The notes: generated by a model from the sequence alone, not told the origin. A stretch of 64,000 nucleotides of DNA from Scyliorhinus canicula (GCF_902713615.1 NC_052164.1:92673377-92737376); one strand, 5' to 3'; counted from the stretch's first letter, positions 12,480 to 25,876 are shown. Numbers and translations are program-made.

Positions 12480-12706
12480 GGGCAGCATCGTGGTGCAGTG
12501 GGTTAGCCCTGCAGCCTCATGGCGCTGAGGTCCCAGGTTCGATCCCGGCTCTGGGTCACTGTCCATGTGGAGTTTGCACATTCTCCCAGTGTTTGCGTGG
12601 GTTTCGCCCCCACAACCCAAAGATGTGCAGTCTAGGTGGATTGGCTATGTTAAATTGCCCCTTAATTGGAAGAAAAGGAATTGGGTACTCTAAATTTAAA
12701 AAAAAA
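12480..12706 (+). mobile_element. V-SINE nested inside the Gypsy element
   Basis: Full head and A-tail; 15-bp TSD agaatctt(a/c)cgccac with one mismatch. Confidence 0.9.
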
Positions 12707-12874
12707 AGAATCTTCCGCCACCTCTGTGTCGCTCCCAACGTCATATCAAAGCTCCGGACCGGCTAAACCTGTAATTGGTTCTGGACTCAAAACTTTTTTT
12801 CTCTGTATATTAAACTTGTGCTGTATATAGTTCTCCACCACCCCTCGCCGGACTCAATTTTAACAGGGGGTGAA

Positions 12875-13107
12875 TGTGGTAGTAACCACTGCTGTATATA
12901 TTAGGGTATGTATGGTAAGGCCCTGTACTACAGGTACGGGGGGTAGTCCCTGCCTGCTGGCTCCGCCCAGTGGGTGAAGTATAATATGTGTTCTCCCCGT
13001 ACAGCAGCCATTTCGCCAGCTGCTGTAGGAGATGTAGGATTACATCTTAGTGTAATAAAGACTCAGTTGTATTCAACTCTCATCTTTGTGCAATTGATCG
13101 TGCATCA
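12875..13107 (+). repeat. 3' LTR of the Gypsy element
   Basis: Direct repeat of 8638-8860, preceded by aacagggggtgaa. Confidence 0.95.
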
Positions 13108-14679
13108 ACCTGCAGGTACAAATTGTCCACCCTGACTGTACTAATAATTTTCTTCATTAAATTTCTGTGTGCCATGCATGATTCCGCAGCCCGTAAAATG
13201 ATTATCTGGCCTGTTCTGACATACTAAGCATCAGCATTTTGTTAACAGCCATTAAAAGGTGTGCTCTCGAACTCCAGGGTAACTCAGCAACAGTTTTCCC
13301 TCACTACTCGTGGATGCATCTGTTCGACACTTCAGGGTGAGAACTTGTTTCAACCTCAAAACAGGTGTTGTGCTCGGACAGTGTGCCATCAGGCAGATGC
13401 TCGAGGCTCACCCAAAATCAGGCCTCACAGGCAAAATGCCGGCAGGCTGCAGGTGCTAATCAGGTATCCAGTGGCATTTCATCAGCTCCTCAAGGCCAAA
13501 GTTTGATCAGGCAGGTGCAGGGAGACAGGGAAGCGATTGGATGAAAAGGACAGACGTGATCGGAGAAGGTGATTGGGAGGGGTCGAGCAGGTATTTGAAA
13601 TGGTCTTCAGCATTATGTGGAGCCAGGAAGAGCACTCCTAGTTCCACATTCCAATAACTGTTTTTTAAAAGATGTGCTGTTTTGAAGGCAAAGTTTTGGG
13701 GACAGCTGGTTAGGCCGCATGTGGACCAGTTATCCTAAGCACAGCAGGTCTGGCACGAGTTGTGTTCAGGCAAGTCCAATTTCAGAGAGGGACAACAAAG
13801 CCCCTTATTTTTTCATGTGCAAAAGACCTAAAACCTGTTTCAGCTATGGGCCTGGATGTAAAGGTGTGTACTGCAACCTTTACCCATATGGTGAACAATG
13901 CAATTCTGGCATGGAATGTGCATGCGCACACCACCTACTATATTGGACGCTTATGTGCCCATCTTATGGCTCAAAAACAGACACAATATCAACAAATTCC
14001 AGGCCCTCATTTTCAGTATATATATCTCCATGTTGGGAATTCCAAACGTGGGTATTTTTTGGGCAGAGGCGAAAATCTTAATGGTTTGAATGGGACTGAC
14101 CACATCTTCTTATCTTCAGTAGTTTATATAATTACTTTGATTTATCTTAGAAAGTTAGTAAGTTTCAAAGAAATTGCTCTGTAAATAAAATCTTTTAACG
14201 TGTAAAGTTTTATATTTTGAGTAATCTGCATCTGCATTTCACCAAAGAGTTTTATTTTTAAATATATATATATATCAACATGATGAATCAAGCTTTTAAT
14301 ATCTTGGCATTGATTCACACCTGGTACTTCAGCTGCCCATTAAGGCCGTCTAGATGAAACCTTTTATCATCAGCTAGGATCCAAAAATATCCTATTTTTG
14401 TAACAGCTGCAGATGTTTTGTAAGTGATATAGAATATTATTTTTTCCAGTAAGTTAGAGCTCATGTAGTCTTTAGCTTTACGGACATTTTAAATGAACAT
14501 TTTAATAGTGTTATCAATTTTACCCAAACTGACAAGAGGATAACTAAAGGATCAGTATGTGAAAGCTCTTGCATGTCTCACCTACTGATACTGCCCTATT
14601 TATTTACTGAGTATTTCCAGCACTTTCTGTTTCCGCATCTTCAGTGTTTTGCTTTTTCTTTGCGAATAATGCAACATGG

Positions 14680-14950
14680 AGGGATTTTCTTATGAGGAGA
14701 GGTTGAGTAGGTTGGGCCTGTACTCATTGGAGTTTAGGAGAGTGAGAGACAACCTTATTGAGACAGAGAAGATTCTCAAGGGGTTTGACAGGGTAGATTC
14801 TGAGAGGTTGTTTCTCCTTGTGGGCGAGTCTAGGACTTAGATAGATACATTTTTAATCAGTAAGGGCCTCAGGCGAGGAAGTGGAATTGAGAATTATCAT
14901 ATCAGATCAGTCATGGACCAAATGGACCACTTCCGCTCCTATGTTTTATG
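14680..14950 (+). mobile_element. CR1 LINE 3' fragment
   Basis: tatgaggagaggttgagtaggttgggcctgtactcattggagtttagg matches the YEERL...LEFRR region of the CR1 at 49163-50065. Confidence 0.7.
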
Positions 14951-15939
14951 GTCTTCTGTTGGTGTGCCAAGGTTGGCGAGTGAGGCTGTGACAGTCTACA
15001 GAATCAGACTGACAATTTCAGATCTTACCTGGTGCAGAGTAGAGTGGGGCATTAAGTGATGGCTGTATATCTGTCTAACAGGAGGAAGTGAATGTCTGAG
15101 CTGGCCTCATGTATCTCTTGGCTATTGGTTGCAGACCGTCATAGTCAGAGACATGAGAGTAGTTGCTCTCCATTAGAGAAAGGTCAAAGGAGGGAGAAAC
15201 ATATTAAGGAGCAAAGCACTGACAGATAAGAAAAGCTGAGGCTAGTCAGACCAAAATGTCATATTTTTGGCACATTTTATTAGCTATAACTCTGTTGTAC
15301 AATCTTAACTTGAACAGAAAGAAAAATAAGTGGACAGTGAAATATTCACAACTAAAGGTTCACAAAAACACCCACATTTACATTGTTAAGTACAAAAATT
15401 GCCATTTTCCAAAGATCCTTTATCGAGTAGGCTGTGCTGAAAACTAACTTGATGTAAGAAAGGGAAAGGAAGAGCCATATAAATTAACCAGGGTAGGAAA
15501 ATGTTATGGCTGTTCGCGAGTCTCTCTGTAAGTCAGGTGAAATTGCGAAAGGAATCCTCAATAACTAGTTGGAAGAAAATATAAAATCTTAAAACTATCA
15601 TGTCCAAAGGTTTTGAGAACATCATCAAACATTCGGACATCACGCTTACTGGGGGCAATTTTAACCTATCCCACCAAATCAGGAAACTGACAGGACTGGG
15701 TGCAATATATTGCACCTCACCTGATTTTACTCTCCACTGACACCAACAAGTAATAATCAAATGCCCTCCTTGATCCTCTGGGTTTCTCAGCTGGAGTTAA
15801 CTTAATGATGTCCTCAATGTGTTGCATGTATAAAAAGGACAAAAAAAACCCCCAGTCTTTTCATTACTATTTCTTTCTGAACTGGAGCTGAGAATTTACA
15901 AACAGATTCCAATCTGCAAGCTCCCTTTACCGAATATAA

Positions 15940-16125
15940 ATGTCACCACAGTCCCAGAGGATCATCATAGGCTGCTCTCCACTTTGAGAGCTAAGGGCCA
16001 CCACATCTCAGATGAGGGACAAGGTTGAGAAGACGGGACCTTCATGAATAACCTCAACTGGTACAGGAATTGAACCCACGCTGTTGGCATTGCTCCACAT
16101 CACAAACCAACCATCCAATCTAACC
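15940..16125 (-). mobile_element. tRNA-like SINE family; second copy at about 24930-25155(+)
   Basis: Similarity between the two loci and a B-box-like ggttcaattcc. Confidence 0.55.
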
Positions 16126-16689
16126 AACCGCCTTTGCAGAGTACCACTCTGATCTCAAGCTGTTTACCTATAAGTGTTACATTTTGTAGCCATGAAGGAC
16201 ATCTTAAATGTAGATTCATTATGATATTGAATCATACAATATATAGCATAGAAACAGAATGCTTCAGTATTTTTCTCCACATATAACACTCTTTCCCCAA
16301 AGCCTTTCAACCTTCTCTCAAGTTTTAAGGTGCTTGTCGCATCAACTCTGCTGATAGAAATCCTGTTTGCCATCTGATGCCCCATGAATATTACCATGGA
16401 AGACTTCATCGGGTAAAAAATAAGTACGGACCAATATTGTACTTAGGAAAAATATCAGCCAAAGACTTCGCAAAACCTCACCTTGAAGTATATTCTTCTT
16501 AAATAATGTCTTCCATGCAAAACTAGATTCCAGGCACACTGAAGGTAACACTAAGGCCACCCAAGAAACAAGAGATTGGGTATATAAACGTATAAATTAG
16601 GAGCAGAGTAAGCCATTCGGCCCCTCGAGCTTGCTCTGCCAGATCATGGCTGTTTGATTGTATCTTATACTTTCCTGTCTAGAACATAA

Positions 16690-17023
16690 AATCCCTACAG
16701 AGCAAAAGGAGGCCATTCGGTCCATTGAATCTGCACCGAACCTCCAAATGAGCACCCTACCTAGGCCCACTCACCTACCCTGTCCCCGTAATCCTGTAAC
16801 CTCACCTAACCTACAAATCTTTAGACACTAAGGGGCAATTTAGTAAGGCCAATCCATCTAACCTGCCTTTTTTTTGGACTGTGGGAGGAAACCGGAGCAC
16901 CCGGAGGAAACCTACACAGACACAGGGAGAAAGTACAAGCTCCACACAGTCACCTAAGGCCGGAATTGAACCAGTTCCCTGGCGCTGTGAGGCAGCAGTG
17001 CTAGCCACTGTCCTACTATGCCA
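16690..17023 (-). mobile_element. Full-length V-SINE (HE1-like)
   Basis: Reverse complement of head, core and CR1-like tail. Confidence 0.85.
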
Positions 17024-18001
17024 CCCTTCTTACTCGTTCACTCCCTTGTCAAGAGTCTATCTAACTCAACCTTAAACATATTTTATATGAAAGAAAAGAC
17101 TCAAATGCTCAATTAGAATCGTTTTCAATATAATTTTGGGCAAATGTGTTTACTCTTCTTAATTTTTTTATAAATTCAATTCAAAATTTTATGTTAAGTT
17201 TCATCAGGATAATTTAGTTCATCAAAGAGCATTTTTCTTCCAAAGTAACCTTGGACCATGATTTCAAGAATTATAGTGTATTCATATTGCTGAATAGAAA
17301 CATTCTGCCATTCTATATATTTTCTTATTTAACTTAATGCAGTACACATGCATTTAAAAAGTGAAGGATTTTCAGCATGTTACATAGGAAGAAAAAGGTG
17401 TACTGTTTAAAAGATACAAATGAAGTTCAGAACTAAAAGAATTTATATTAACAACAGTGAACCTATCATGATAATATTAAAAAGTGACATGTTTATCAAG
17501 CCTTGTTAAAAATTATTTTAAACCTAGATAGAGAACTGCAATCGATGACCCTACTTACAGAGAAGTTACTTTCAATCAATAGATTTGCTATTGTCACTTT
17601 ATCTGGTTCTGTGGATTATGCAATGCAATGGCAGAGGGTGATTTACATTTCTTTAGAGGTTCCATTTGTTTATTGGTGCTCACCATTCAGCAGTCCTGGT
17701 AGTAAGATGGAGAGAGGGTTTTTTTTTAGTGCATCTTGGTTCAGGTTGAGCTGTAAAAGCCCTGCATTTGATTAGCCTATTGTGTGAAGACATACCATGG
17801 GAAGGTAGATGATATCAACATATGTCAAAATTAGTTTTCTTAAGATTTATTTGCAACTTAAACTAACTGGCAACCTGTTTTGCAATCTACTCATTGTAAT
17901 CATTTGCCCTACTTTTTGAAGTAGGCTCAGATATATTAACGACGGGCCTGTTATCAATGTTTTCCATGGAAAGAGGGTCAGTGACCTAGTTTCATCTTAC
18001 T

Positions 18002-18465
18002 TCAGGAACTACTTTTATCTTTCTCCTCCTCTTTATTGTTGTTTGCCCCTGGCTCTTTGGCCATGGGAGGTGGTTCGACGTTGATTTTCACATTGTTGAT
18101 GTTGGGCTGGATCTCATCCCCTTTCCTCTGTGCCTCAATGCACAGGATACCATCGTGGGACAGGGTTGACCGAATCAGCAGAGGGTCCACGTCCAGGGGC
18201 AGGATGTAGGTGCGTGTGAAATCCCGGGAGATAAAACCGTGACTGTCCAACTTCTGTGAGTGTCTCCCAGACACCTCCAGCAGGTTGTCCACCGTCCGGA
18301 CTGAGATCTCATCTGGCAGGAACTGGCAGACATCCAGGAATACCTGAAATTTATGATGCTTTGTTTCAATAGTCGAAAAGCCTCGGTCTAGCTGTTTATT
18401 GATCCTGGGTCTGATATAGTAGCCATGGTACAATGTAGGAGCTAAAATATCTTCCGGTGACAAAC
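18002..18465 (-). CDS. HSPB2: Heat shock protein beta-2, exon 2 (alpha-crystallin domain and stop)
   Basis: Acceptor ttcccag; (G)LSPEDILAPTLYHGYYIRPR...FQVFLDVCQFLPDEISVRTVDNLLEVSGRH...LSHDGIL matches HSPB2; TGA at 18002-18004; minus-strand AATAAA at 17846-17851. Confidence 0.97.
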
Positions 18466-18952
18466 CTGGGAAGGAAAGGAAGTTATCAAGCTGGAAACAA
18501 TAGAGGATATGACTTTATACTATATTATCAAATACTGTATTCATGATTAAAATTAATCCTAATTTTGCATTCCAAAATCTGATTTGCTGCTCAATGAGAA
18601 AAATATTTCATCATTTCTTTCTTTTTAGATTTCTTTTTATTGGTTTTCAAAAGGAGATAAGGAGCAGACAGATAAAGTGCAATGCTTTATCTGTCTCCTC
18701 CCTCGTAAATAAATAAGCACAAACAAAAATTATGCAAGCAAATTAAATAATTTAAAGTTAGCAGCAATTAACTGTTTCAAGAAAGAAACAAAAGGCCGCC
18801 ATCTACGATAACATTTCTCAGTAGATCCTCTTATAGTGCATTAAATTTTCTCCAAATAAAGAAATACATCAAGTCTTCTAACCAGGATGAAAACAGATGG
18901 CTTGGGGGAACTTCCAAATTTCACCATTTCTTAATTCAAATGTTATTACCTT

Positions 18953-19265
18953 TGGCACCATGGTACAGTGGTTAGCACTCCTGCCCCACAGCACCAGGGA
19001 GCCGGGTTCGGATTCTGACCTTGGGTGTCTGTGTAGAGTTTGCACTTTCTCCCCGTGTCTGCGTGGGTTTCCTCTGGGTGCTCCGGTTTCCTCCCAAAGT
19101 CCAAAGATGTGCAGGTTGGGTGGATTGGCCATGATAAATTGCCCCTTAGTGTCCAAATATATGCAGGTAAGATGGAGTTATGAGGATAAGGCAGGGAAGT
19201 GAACCTAGATAGAGTGCTCTTTCAGAGGTTTGGTGCAGATTCGATGGGCCAAATGGCCTCCTCTA
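18953..19265 (+). mobile_element. V-SINE in the HSPB2 intron
   Basis: Head, core and tail match the family. Confidence 0.85.
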
Positions 19266-20002
19266 AGGAATCTGTGGATTATCTGACCTGGTCCTCTTTT
19301 AAAACTCCACACAGCCTGGTTAATAGTGTGTGGATTCAGGTGCGAGGACCCCAGGCGTACACAATCGGAATTGTACACAAAGAGCCCAGAATTGTCACCT
19401 CCAGATGTGCCACCCCCACCCATCTGAGAAAACGGCCTGTCAATGTCACCTCTTCAGGTAAGATCACTTGCCAGCTACTGTATTGGACAACTATGAGTGC
19501 CAACAAGGACATGGCATGCTAGACCGCCTCAAGAAGAAGGGTGTTGAAGTCTTGGAAGGAGAGTAAGAGAAATGGAGGAGGGTCTGTTGGCAGCTGTGCA
19601 TCACCATCCAACACTAGTCAAAGCTTTCATTGGGAGGTGTCAAACAATTGGGTTGAACAGAAATCAAAATGATCTGTAACTAAGATAACAACTCCAAGAC
19701 TCCCAAAGTCCTTTCGAGGGACACTGGCCATTGTGTTGCAGATTTGCTCGATGTACCCCAGTAGGGGCTTTTCATATTGCAATGTTAATGTAAGCATACT
19801 TGTGACAATAAAGATTATTATTAAGTTATTCTAGCCCCAGTGGCAACCTGTTGGCGCCTGATTGGCGACAAGCAGTGAACGGTTGTGAGAGGTTCACTGA
19901 ACCAGGCTGCAAATCTATTGAAATAAACGGAGCTGTGCTTATTTCAGGCAGGTTTGCAATGGTCAGGCTCAACTCCAGGGTTAACAGCCAAAATAAACTT
20001 AC

Positions 20003-20096
20003 CTTCCCCGAAGTTCTGGTCGTAGATTGTGGTCGGCGTGTCTTTCTCGTATTCTACACTCATGGGATAAGCGTGTGGGATTGTCTTGTCTTCCAT
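20003..20096 (-). CDS. HSPB2: Heat shock protein beta-2, exon 1
   Basis: MEDKTIPHAYPMSVEYEKDTPTTIYDQNFGE+G, 94 nt, donor GTAAGT; phase 1 joins exon 2 to give 185 aa. Confidence 0.95.
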
Positions 20097-21462
20097 TGTA
20101 AAGATCAGAGAGGCACAGAGCAGGAGAGGAAACTAACACCGGACTGACTGTTCAACCCGCTCCTCTGAGCCACAAGATCAGACTGCTGGGTTACACCGCC
20201 TCAGAAAGCTTGGTGTCCTTTATGTCAGGTCATTCCTGAGGGAGGGCAGTCAGCCCAGGACAGAAATAGACCAAAGATTTATGCAGGCAGCCTCCACAAA
20301 GGGAAGGAGCCCTCCTCTCCCCTCTGGGAAACGACACACTGAAACACACACTGTGTTCTAGTGTTGACATGGTTCTCTTGACACTCCTGTGTTCTTTCCC
20401 CCGTTAATAAAGAAAGCACCAGCCCTGGACTGCCTTATCACATAAATCAATTGGCATTAAAGAAACTTAGATGTCTGCAGCCTACATATGTGACAGTGTC
20501 GCCAACAACACCACAACCTTACCAGGGGAAAAAATCAAAACAGAAGAATAATCGTTGAATTGTGCCTCCGATTGACTGGCAGTGAGAGACTGCAATGTGC
20601 CCACTCGCCACACCCACATCTCTGCACAAACTCACTTTTAATGTTAGCTTAGCTTCTCCTCAAATGGCCCGCGTGCGAGATAAATGATTTTTTTTTAATG
20701 GGAAATTAACGATTACCCCGTAACGGATAATTATGTTTACACAGTCACGTCTTAATATATTATCACACACAGACACTATAATATTACAAGCTGTTAGTGA
20801 CTTCAGTCTAATGGAGGGTTAACGACATGATAGTTCTGACTTTATTTCCTACGGCTGGAGTGGGAGGAGGTACAAGGATTGTAGCATTTTCTGAAATCGC
20901 TGGTCGAAATACATTATTTTGCTTCTGTAATATGTGTCTGCATGGGACCATTATTTCCCCTCCAGTCTTGTACGCTTTAAATGCTTCCCACGACTTTGGA
21001 AACGGCACCAGCCCTTAAATTATTCTCTGTTCAACATTTGACCATGTAGCAATGTGAAATGATACACTTCACTACTGCCAGAGACTACAACTATTCATAT
21101 AGTTAACAGCAGAAGCTTATCGCCAGCAATCTATTTATGGACTGCACCACTTCGGATTACCATCTTCACCCTTTTAACCCAACACACATAGAGAGACACA
21201 AAAGAAACTAAAATCTTTAATCATTAATAAAAACTGAAACATCATAATATTCTTCTCAATACAATAGCTTCCTTTTGAAATGCCATGAGGTCATCTTGTG
21301 AGGCGCTCTGAAGCTTTGCCAGCAGAGGAAGAGACTGATCAGCAGATCATTGTCCAACAGAGCAGGGACTGGTCCATTGCTGGTGTCACTTCTAATCCTC
21401 CCCAAACACTAAATCCCTCAACAATGAAATCACATGACAGAGTCAATCAGCCTTGCATCAGT

Positions 21463-21477
21463 TTTCCAGAAGGTTCA
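21463..21477. promoter_or_regulatory. Heat shock element upstream of CRYAB
   Basis: tTTCcaGAAggTTCa is three perfect alternating nGAAn units, about 20 bp 5' of the TATA box. Confidence 0.85.
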
Positions 21478-21497
21478 ATGGACAGGGTGTCATTGTG

Positions 21498-21505
21498 TAT
21501 ATAAA
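21498..21505 (+). promoter_or_regulatory. CRYAB TATA box
   Basis: TATATAAA about 100 bp upstream of the ATG. Confidence 0.85.
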
Positions 21506-21600
21506 GGGCTCAGACACCAGCCAGCCTTCAAGCAGCTCTTGGAGTGAAGACAGCACAGTGACACTGAACAGACATCCTCCTGGCTGAACCGGAAGAGAAG

Positions 21601-21807
21601 ATGGACATTGCAGTTCAGACTCCATGGCTACGGCGTTCCCTCATGTCAAATTCTCTCTTCCCCTCCCGTATCTATGACCAGCATTTTGGGGAGCACTTTG
21701 ATGGTGACCTCTTCCCCAACTTCTCATCTGTGGTCAGCCCCTTCTACTGGCGAATGCCATCTCCCATGTTCAGGCTGCCAAGTTGGGTACAATCGGGACT
21801 TTCAGAG
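21601..21807 (+). CDS. CRYAB: Alpha-crystallin B chain, exon 1
   Basis: MDIAVQTPWLRR...PSRIYDQHFGEH...SPFY...RLPSWVQSGLSE, 69 codons, donor GTATGT. Confidence 0.98.
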
Positions 21808-21934
21808 GTATGTTCTGTCTATTTTTTAAGTTGTCCTATTCTTTTCTTGTTAATTGACAAAAATACTTGTTTAATGTGCAGCTTAACTGTTCTGACCAAA
21901 CTCTGTGAATGTATTGTCCGTTTTGTAACAAAGA

Positions 21935-22440
21935 ACGAAGCACAGTACAGCACAGGAACCTTTGGTCTTCCAAGCCTGCACCAATCATGATGCCTGTCTA
22001 AACTAAAACCATCTGGACTTCCAGGGCCGTATCCCTCTATTCCAATCCTATTCATCAAGATGCCTCGTAAACGTCGCTATTGTACCTGCTTCCACCACCT
22101 TCCCTTGAAGCGCATTCCAAGCACTCACCACCCTCTGTGTAAAGAAACTTGCCTTGCACATCTCCTCTAAACTTTGCCCCTCGCACCTTAAACCTATGAC
22201 CCCTAGTAATTGACTTTTCCACCCCGGGAAAAAGAGTCTGACGATCCACTCTGTCCATGCCAATAATTTTGTAAACCTCTATCAGGTCGCCCTTCAACCT
22301 CCGTCGTTCCAGTGAAAACAATCCAAGTTTATCCAAGCTCTCCTCCTAGCTAATATCCTCGAGACCAGGCAACATCCTGGTACCCTCTCCAAAGCATCCA
22401 CATCCTTCTAGGAGTGTGGTGGCCAGAATTGTACACAATT
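21935..22440 (-). mobile_element. CR1 (HER1-like) LINE 3' fragment
   Basis: Minus ORF DKLGLFSLERRRLKGDLIEVYKI...TRGHRFKV, the CR1 ORF2 C-terminus. Confidence 0.9.
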
Positions 22441-25400
22441 GAACTGTAACTATATTGAATAAATAAATAATCGCTTATTGTCACAATGTAGGCTTCAATG
22501 AAGTTACTGTGAAAAGCCCCTAGTCACCACATTCCGGCGCCTGTTCAGGGGGGCTCGTACAGGAATTGAACCGGCGCTGCTGGCCTTGCTTTGCATTGCA
22601 AGCCAGCTGTTTAGCCCACTGTGCTAAACCAGCCCCTTTAATAAATGTATTCTTTATTTATTTTAACAATAATGAATGCGTCCAATTATTCTGTATGCAT
22701 ATGTATATGTCATAAAGGGGAAGACAATAAACATGCATGTGCCCATTTATATAAAATATAATGTGTATATGTATTGCCCTTAAAGGGACAATCACCACAG
22801 TAGAAAAAGAGTGGGGGGCGTTGTGTCAGGATGAGGGGGCAGCCATTTTGAACTGAGATAGGGAGAAATTTATTTGCTCAGAGTGCTGTGAATCATTGTA
22901 AATCTCTCTCCAAAAGAGCTATGGAAGCTCAGTCATTGAGAAAATCCTAGGCTGAGGTTGGTTTTTGAACTCAAAGGGAATCAGGAATATGGGAATCAGA
23001 GTGGGGTGGATTGGGGTTTTGGAGGAAAACAAAGTTGGGGCTGAGGATCCACCATGATCTAGCGAAGGCGGTTGAAGGGGCTGAATGGCCAGTCTCTGCT
23101 CCTATAATGTTCTTATAATGATCCTCTCCCGCCATCTATAGCTACTGATCATAGTTCATTAGTGCAGTTAATGGTATCTGACAGCTTGTTCACAAATTGT
23201 TCGTGCCGCTGCTTCAATGGTAGATAAGTCCTAAATTGGAACAGCAAGAACAGTTAGCAACTGCAACTTGAAATATCGGAAAATTAGTGGGAATATTGAT
23301 GTTTCCATGTAGCCTCCAGGCATCCCATGAGGACCAAAGGCTTGGATGTCTGGTTTTATTTGCTCTGAACACATCAATGCCCTAGAGACCCAATATTAAT
23401 AAAAAGAAAAACTCCGATTGTTGGGAATCTGAAAAAAAGCAGGAAAGGCTAGGAATGCACAGCAGGATTCATCAGCATCTGGAAAGAGGAAATTTAGGTT
23501 TTAGGTTTCAGTTGAAACCTTTAGTCAGAACTGATCTGACAAGCGATCCCAAATCAAACTGTTTCTTCCCCACCCCCCCTCCTTTTCTGTCATTGACTGT
23601 GCATTTTTTGTTAGAATTACAAAGCCAATATTGTTTATCTTTTATTAAGTTTATCTGCTGTGTCATTGAAGACTGGATGCGTACATGCCACCCTACTGGT
23701 ATTTCTCCTTAATAAATGCAGCAAGCACAAAGGTTACATAACTTAGTGATTGAATCTCGCAGCAAGGAAGGAGGTTATTCAACTCCTCATACCCATGTTA
23801 ACTTTTTGAAAGCGCTATCTAGTTTTTAAACGGATCTTCAATTCTTTTATTTTTGAGCGTACATCCAATTCTATTCTGAAAGCTACTAATGAAGTTGCGT
23901 CCACCGCCCTTTTAGGTAATGCATTCCAGATCATAACAACCTGCTGAGTTAAGACAATTCTCATCTGTGCTCTTTTCTTTGTGCCAATGATCAAATCTGC
24001 ATCCTCTTAATGGTTTAAAGTTCTGCTTAAACAGGCGCATTAAAAGCATATATTAAAGTATGTACAAAGCGGCATTTGCTCTTGTGCTGGGGACTAATGG
24101 CACAAATGATTGGAATGCTATCTGTGCACATACTGGACCGAGGTTTGAAGCCTGCTCCAGCTCATGGGATAGGAATCAATCTCTTGCTGTGGCCTATCTT
24201 GTGTTAAGCTAGTGAAGCTCAACGACACCAGGATGCCTGAAAGCATCACCCGGCTCTTTCCACCGCCACAATAAAACTTGAGTTTCCCCGTTCCGGCCAT
24301 GCTACTTAACTTGGATAACTCTTACAATAAGCCAGCACAGGTGTCAAGTGCTGAATGGCCTTCTTCCTTGCTGCGAGATTCAATCACTAAGTTATAGAAC
24401 AGTACAGCACAGAACAGGCCCTTCGGCCCTCGATGTTGTGCCCAGCATTGTCCGAAACCAAGATCAAGCTAACCCACTCCCTGTCATTCTGGTGTGCTCC
24501 ATGTGCCTATCCAATAACCGCTTGAAAGTTCCTAAAGCGTCCAACTCCACTATCTCAACAGGCAGTCCATTTCATACCCTAACCACTCTCTGAGTAAAGA
24601 ACCATATACCATAGTGCTTATTGCATTCATTAATGAAAATACAAAAAGGATTGTATGTATCTATCCAGTCTGTAATGACAGAAAATGTTACTCCAAATTT
24701 TAATTTTAAATAATTAATTGATCATGCGATTCATAAAACTGTCGGTGCCCACAGGGCATATGCCGAAGATTGAAATGTGGACAAGTAGAGATGCTCCCTG
24801 ATAACCTTAAAGTTCCGGACTTGCAGACACTGGGTTCTATCAGAGCCAGGACAGAAATTCTCTGTTGCTGTTAGGGTGACCATTACATGCTGGGCGTAGG
24901 TTTGAATCATGTTGTTGCATCTCTTATGAGCTTAGTTCACTTGGCTGGACAGCTGGTTTGTGAGACAGAGCAAGGCCAGCAGCGCGAGTTCAATTTCCCT
25001 ACCGGCTGAGGTTATTCTCAACCTAGCCCCTCGACTGAAATGTGGTGATCCTCAGGTTAAAGCACCACCAGTCAGCTCTTCCCCCCCCCCCCCCCCCCAC
25101 CTCCCCCGAAGGGGAAAGCAACCCATGGTCATCTGGGCTGATGGCAACTTTACCTTTTGTTACATCTCTTACTGAATGAAACTATTTGATGGTGGCTTCA
25201 ATTTCAAATAACCCTGAGCTGGCAGGCCAAGAATTATTAATTTGGAAATCACTGCAACTGATTTGAAATCTCACTCAACTAGACCATGAGGATGGTTGTG
25301 TTTGAGCAGTTCTGAATTCATGTCAAGTTGCATTATTGGATGAGGGAAAATGAAGCTTTATTGTGTATCGGCTTAAGACAAGATACCAATTGATTGATTG

Positions 25401-25876
25401 GAAAGTGTACTGTTTCACAACATTACCATCCTTTAGGTTCTAAATTAATTTTGAGAAAGTTTTGAAATATTTTTAAAGCTTGGCCCTTAGATTATCTGAA
25501 CACATTCTGTGCAATTGTGGGAACATGTCTTCACCTCAGAATGAGTTAACATTTCCCACAATATCTGTCTTTGTGCCATGTAATCTGTCTTTTCAGATGA
25601 CTTTGTTTGTCCCTTGTTCTGTGGGTCGAGTTTACGTGACGGAATGTTGTTTATGAAAAGAATGTTCCAGTAGAACATTCGCTGAAAGATGGCCAACAAA
25701 ATTCCGTGGAAAAGATTATGGCTAATAGAAATCATAGCATTGTGCCCTCAATCACCCAGATATCTCAACAAAATAATTTGATGCACGGGCAGAATTCAAT
25801 AAATTTGAAATTCTCTGTGCCGTTCTTCAGCCAACTACTGGGATGTGTGCAGGAGTCACTCATCCGTTGATATTCT

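Larger units (their letters stand above)
8638..13107 (+). mobile_element. Full-length but decayed Ty3/Gypsy LTR retrotransposon
   Basis: LTRs at 8638-8860 and 12875-13107 (TG...CA); perfect 5-bp TSD ACCTG (8633-8637 and 13108-13112); purine tract before the 3' LTR; domain order gag, protease, RT, RNase H, integrase. Confidence 0.97.

Noticed and set aside
1-15000. C11orf52 orthologue expected from synteny
   Set aside because: No MGN-type start or YATL-like motif found by eye, so it is not called.
21808-21990. Extension of the CRYAB ORF to 129 aa
   Set aside because: Read-through into intron 1 past the GTATGT donor.
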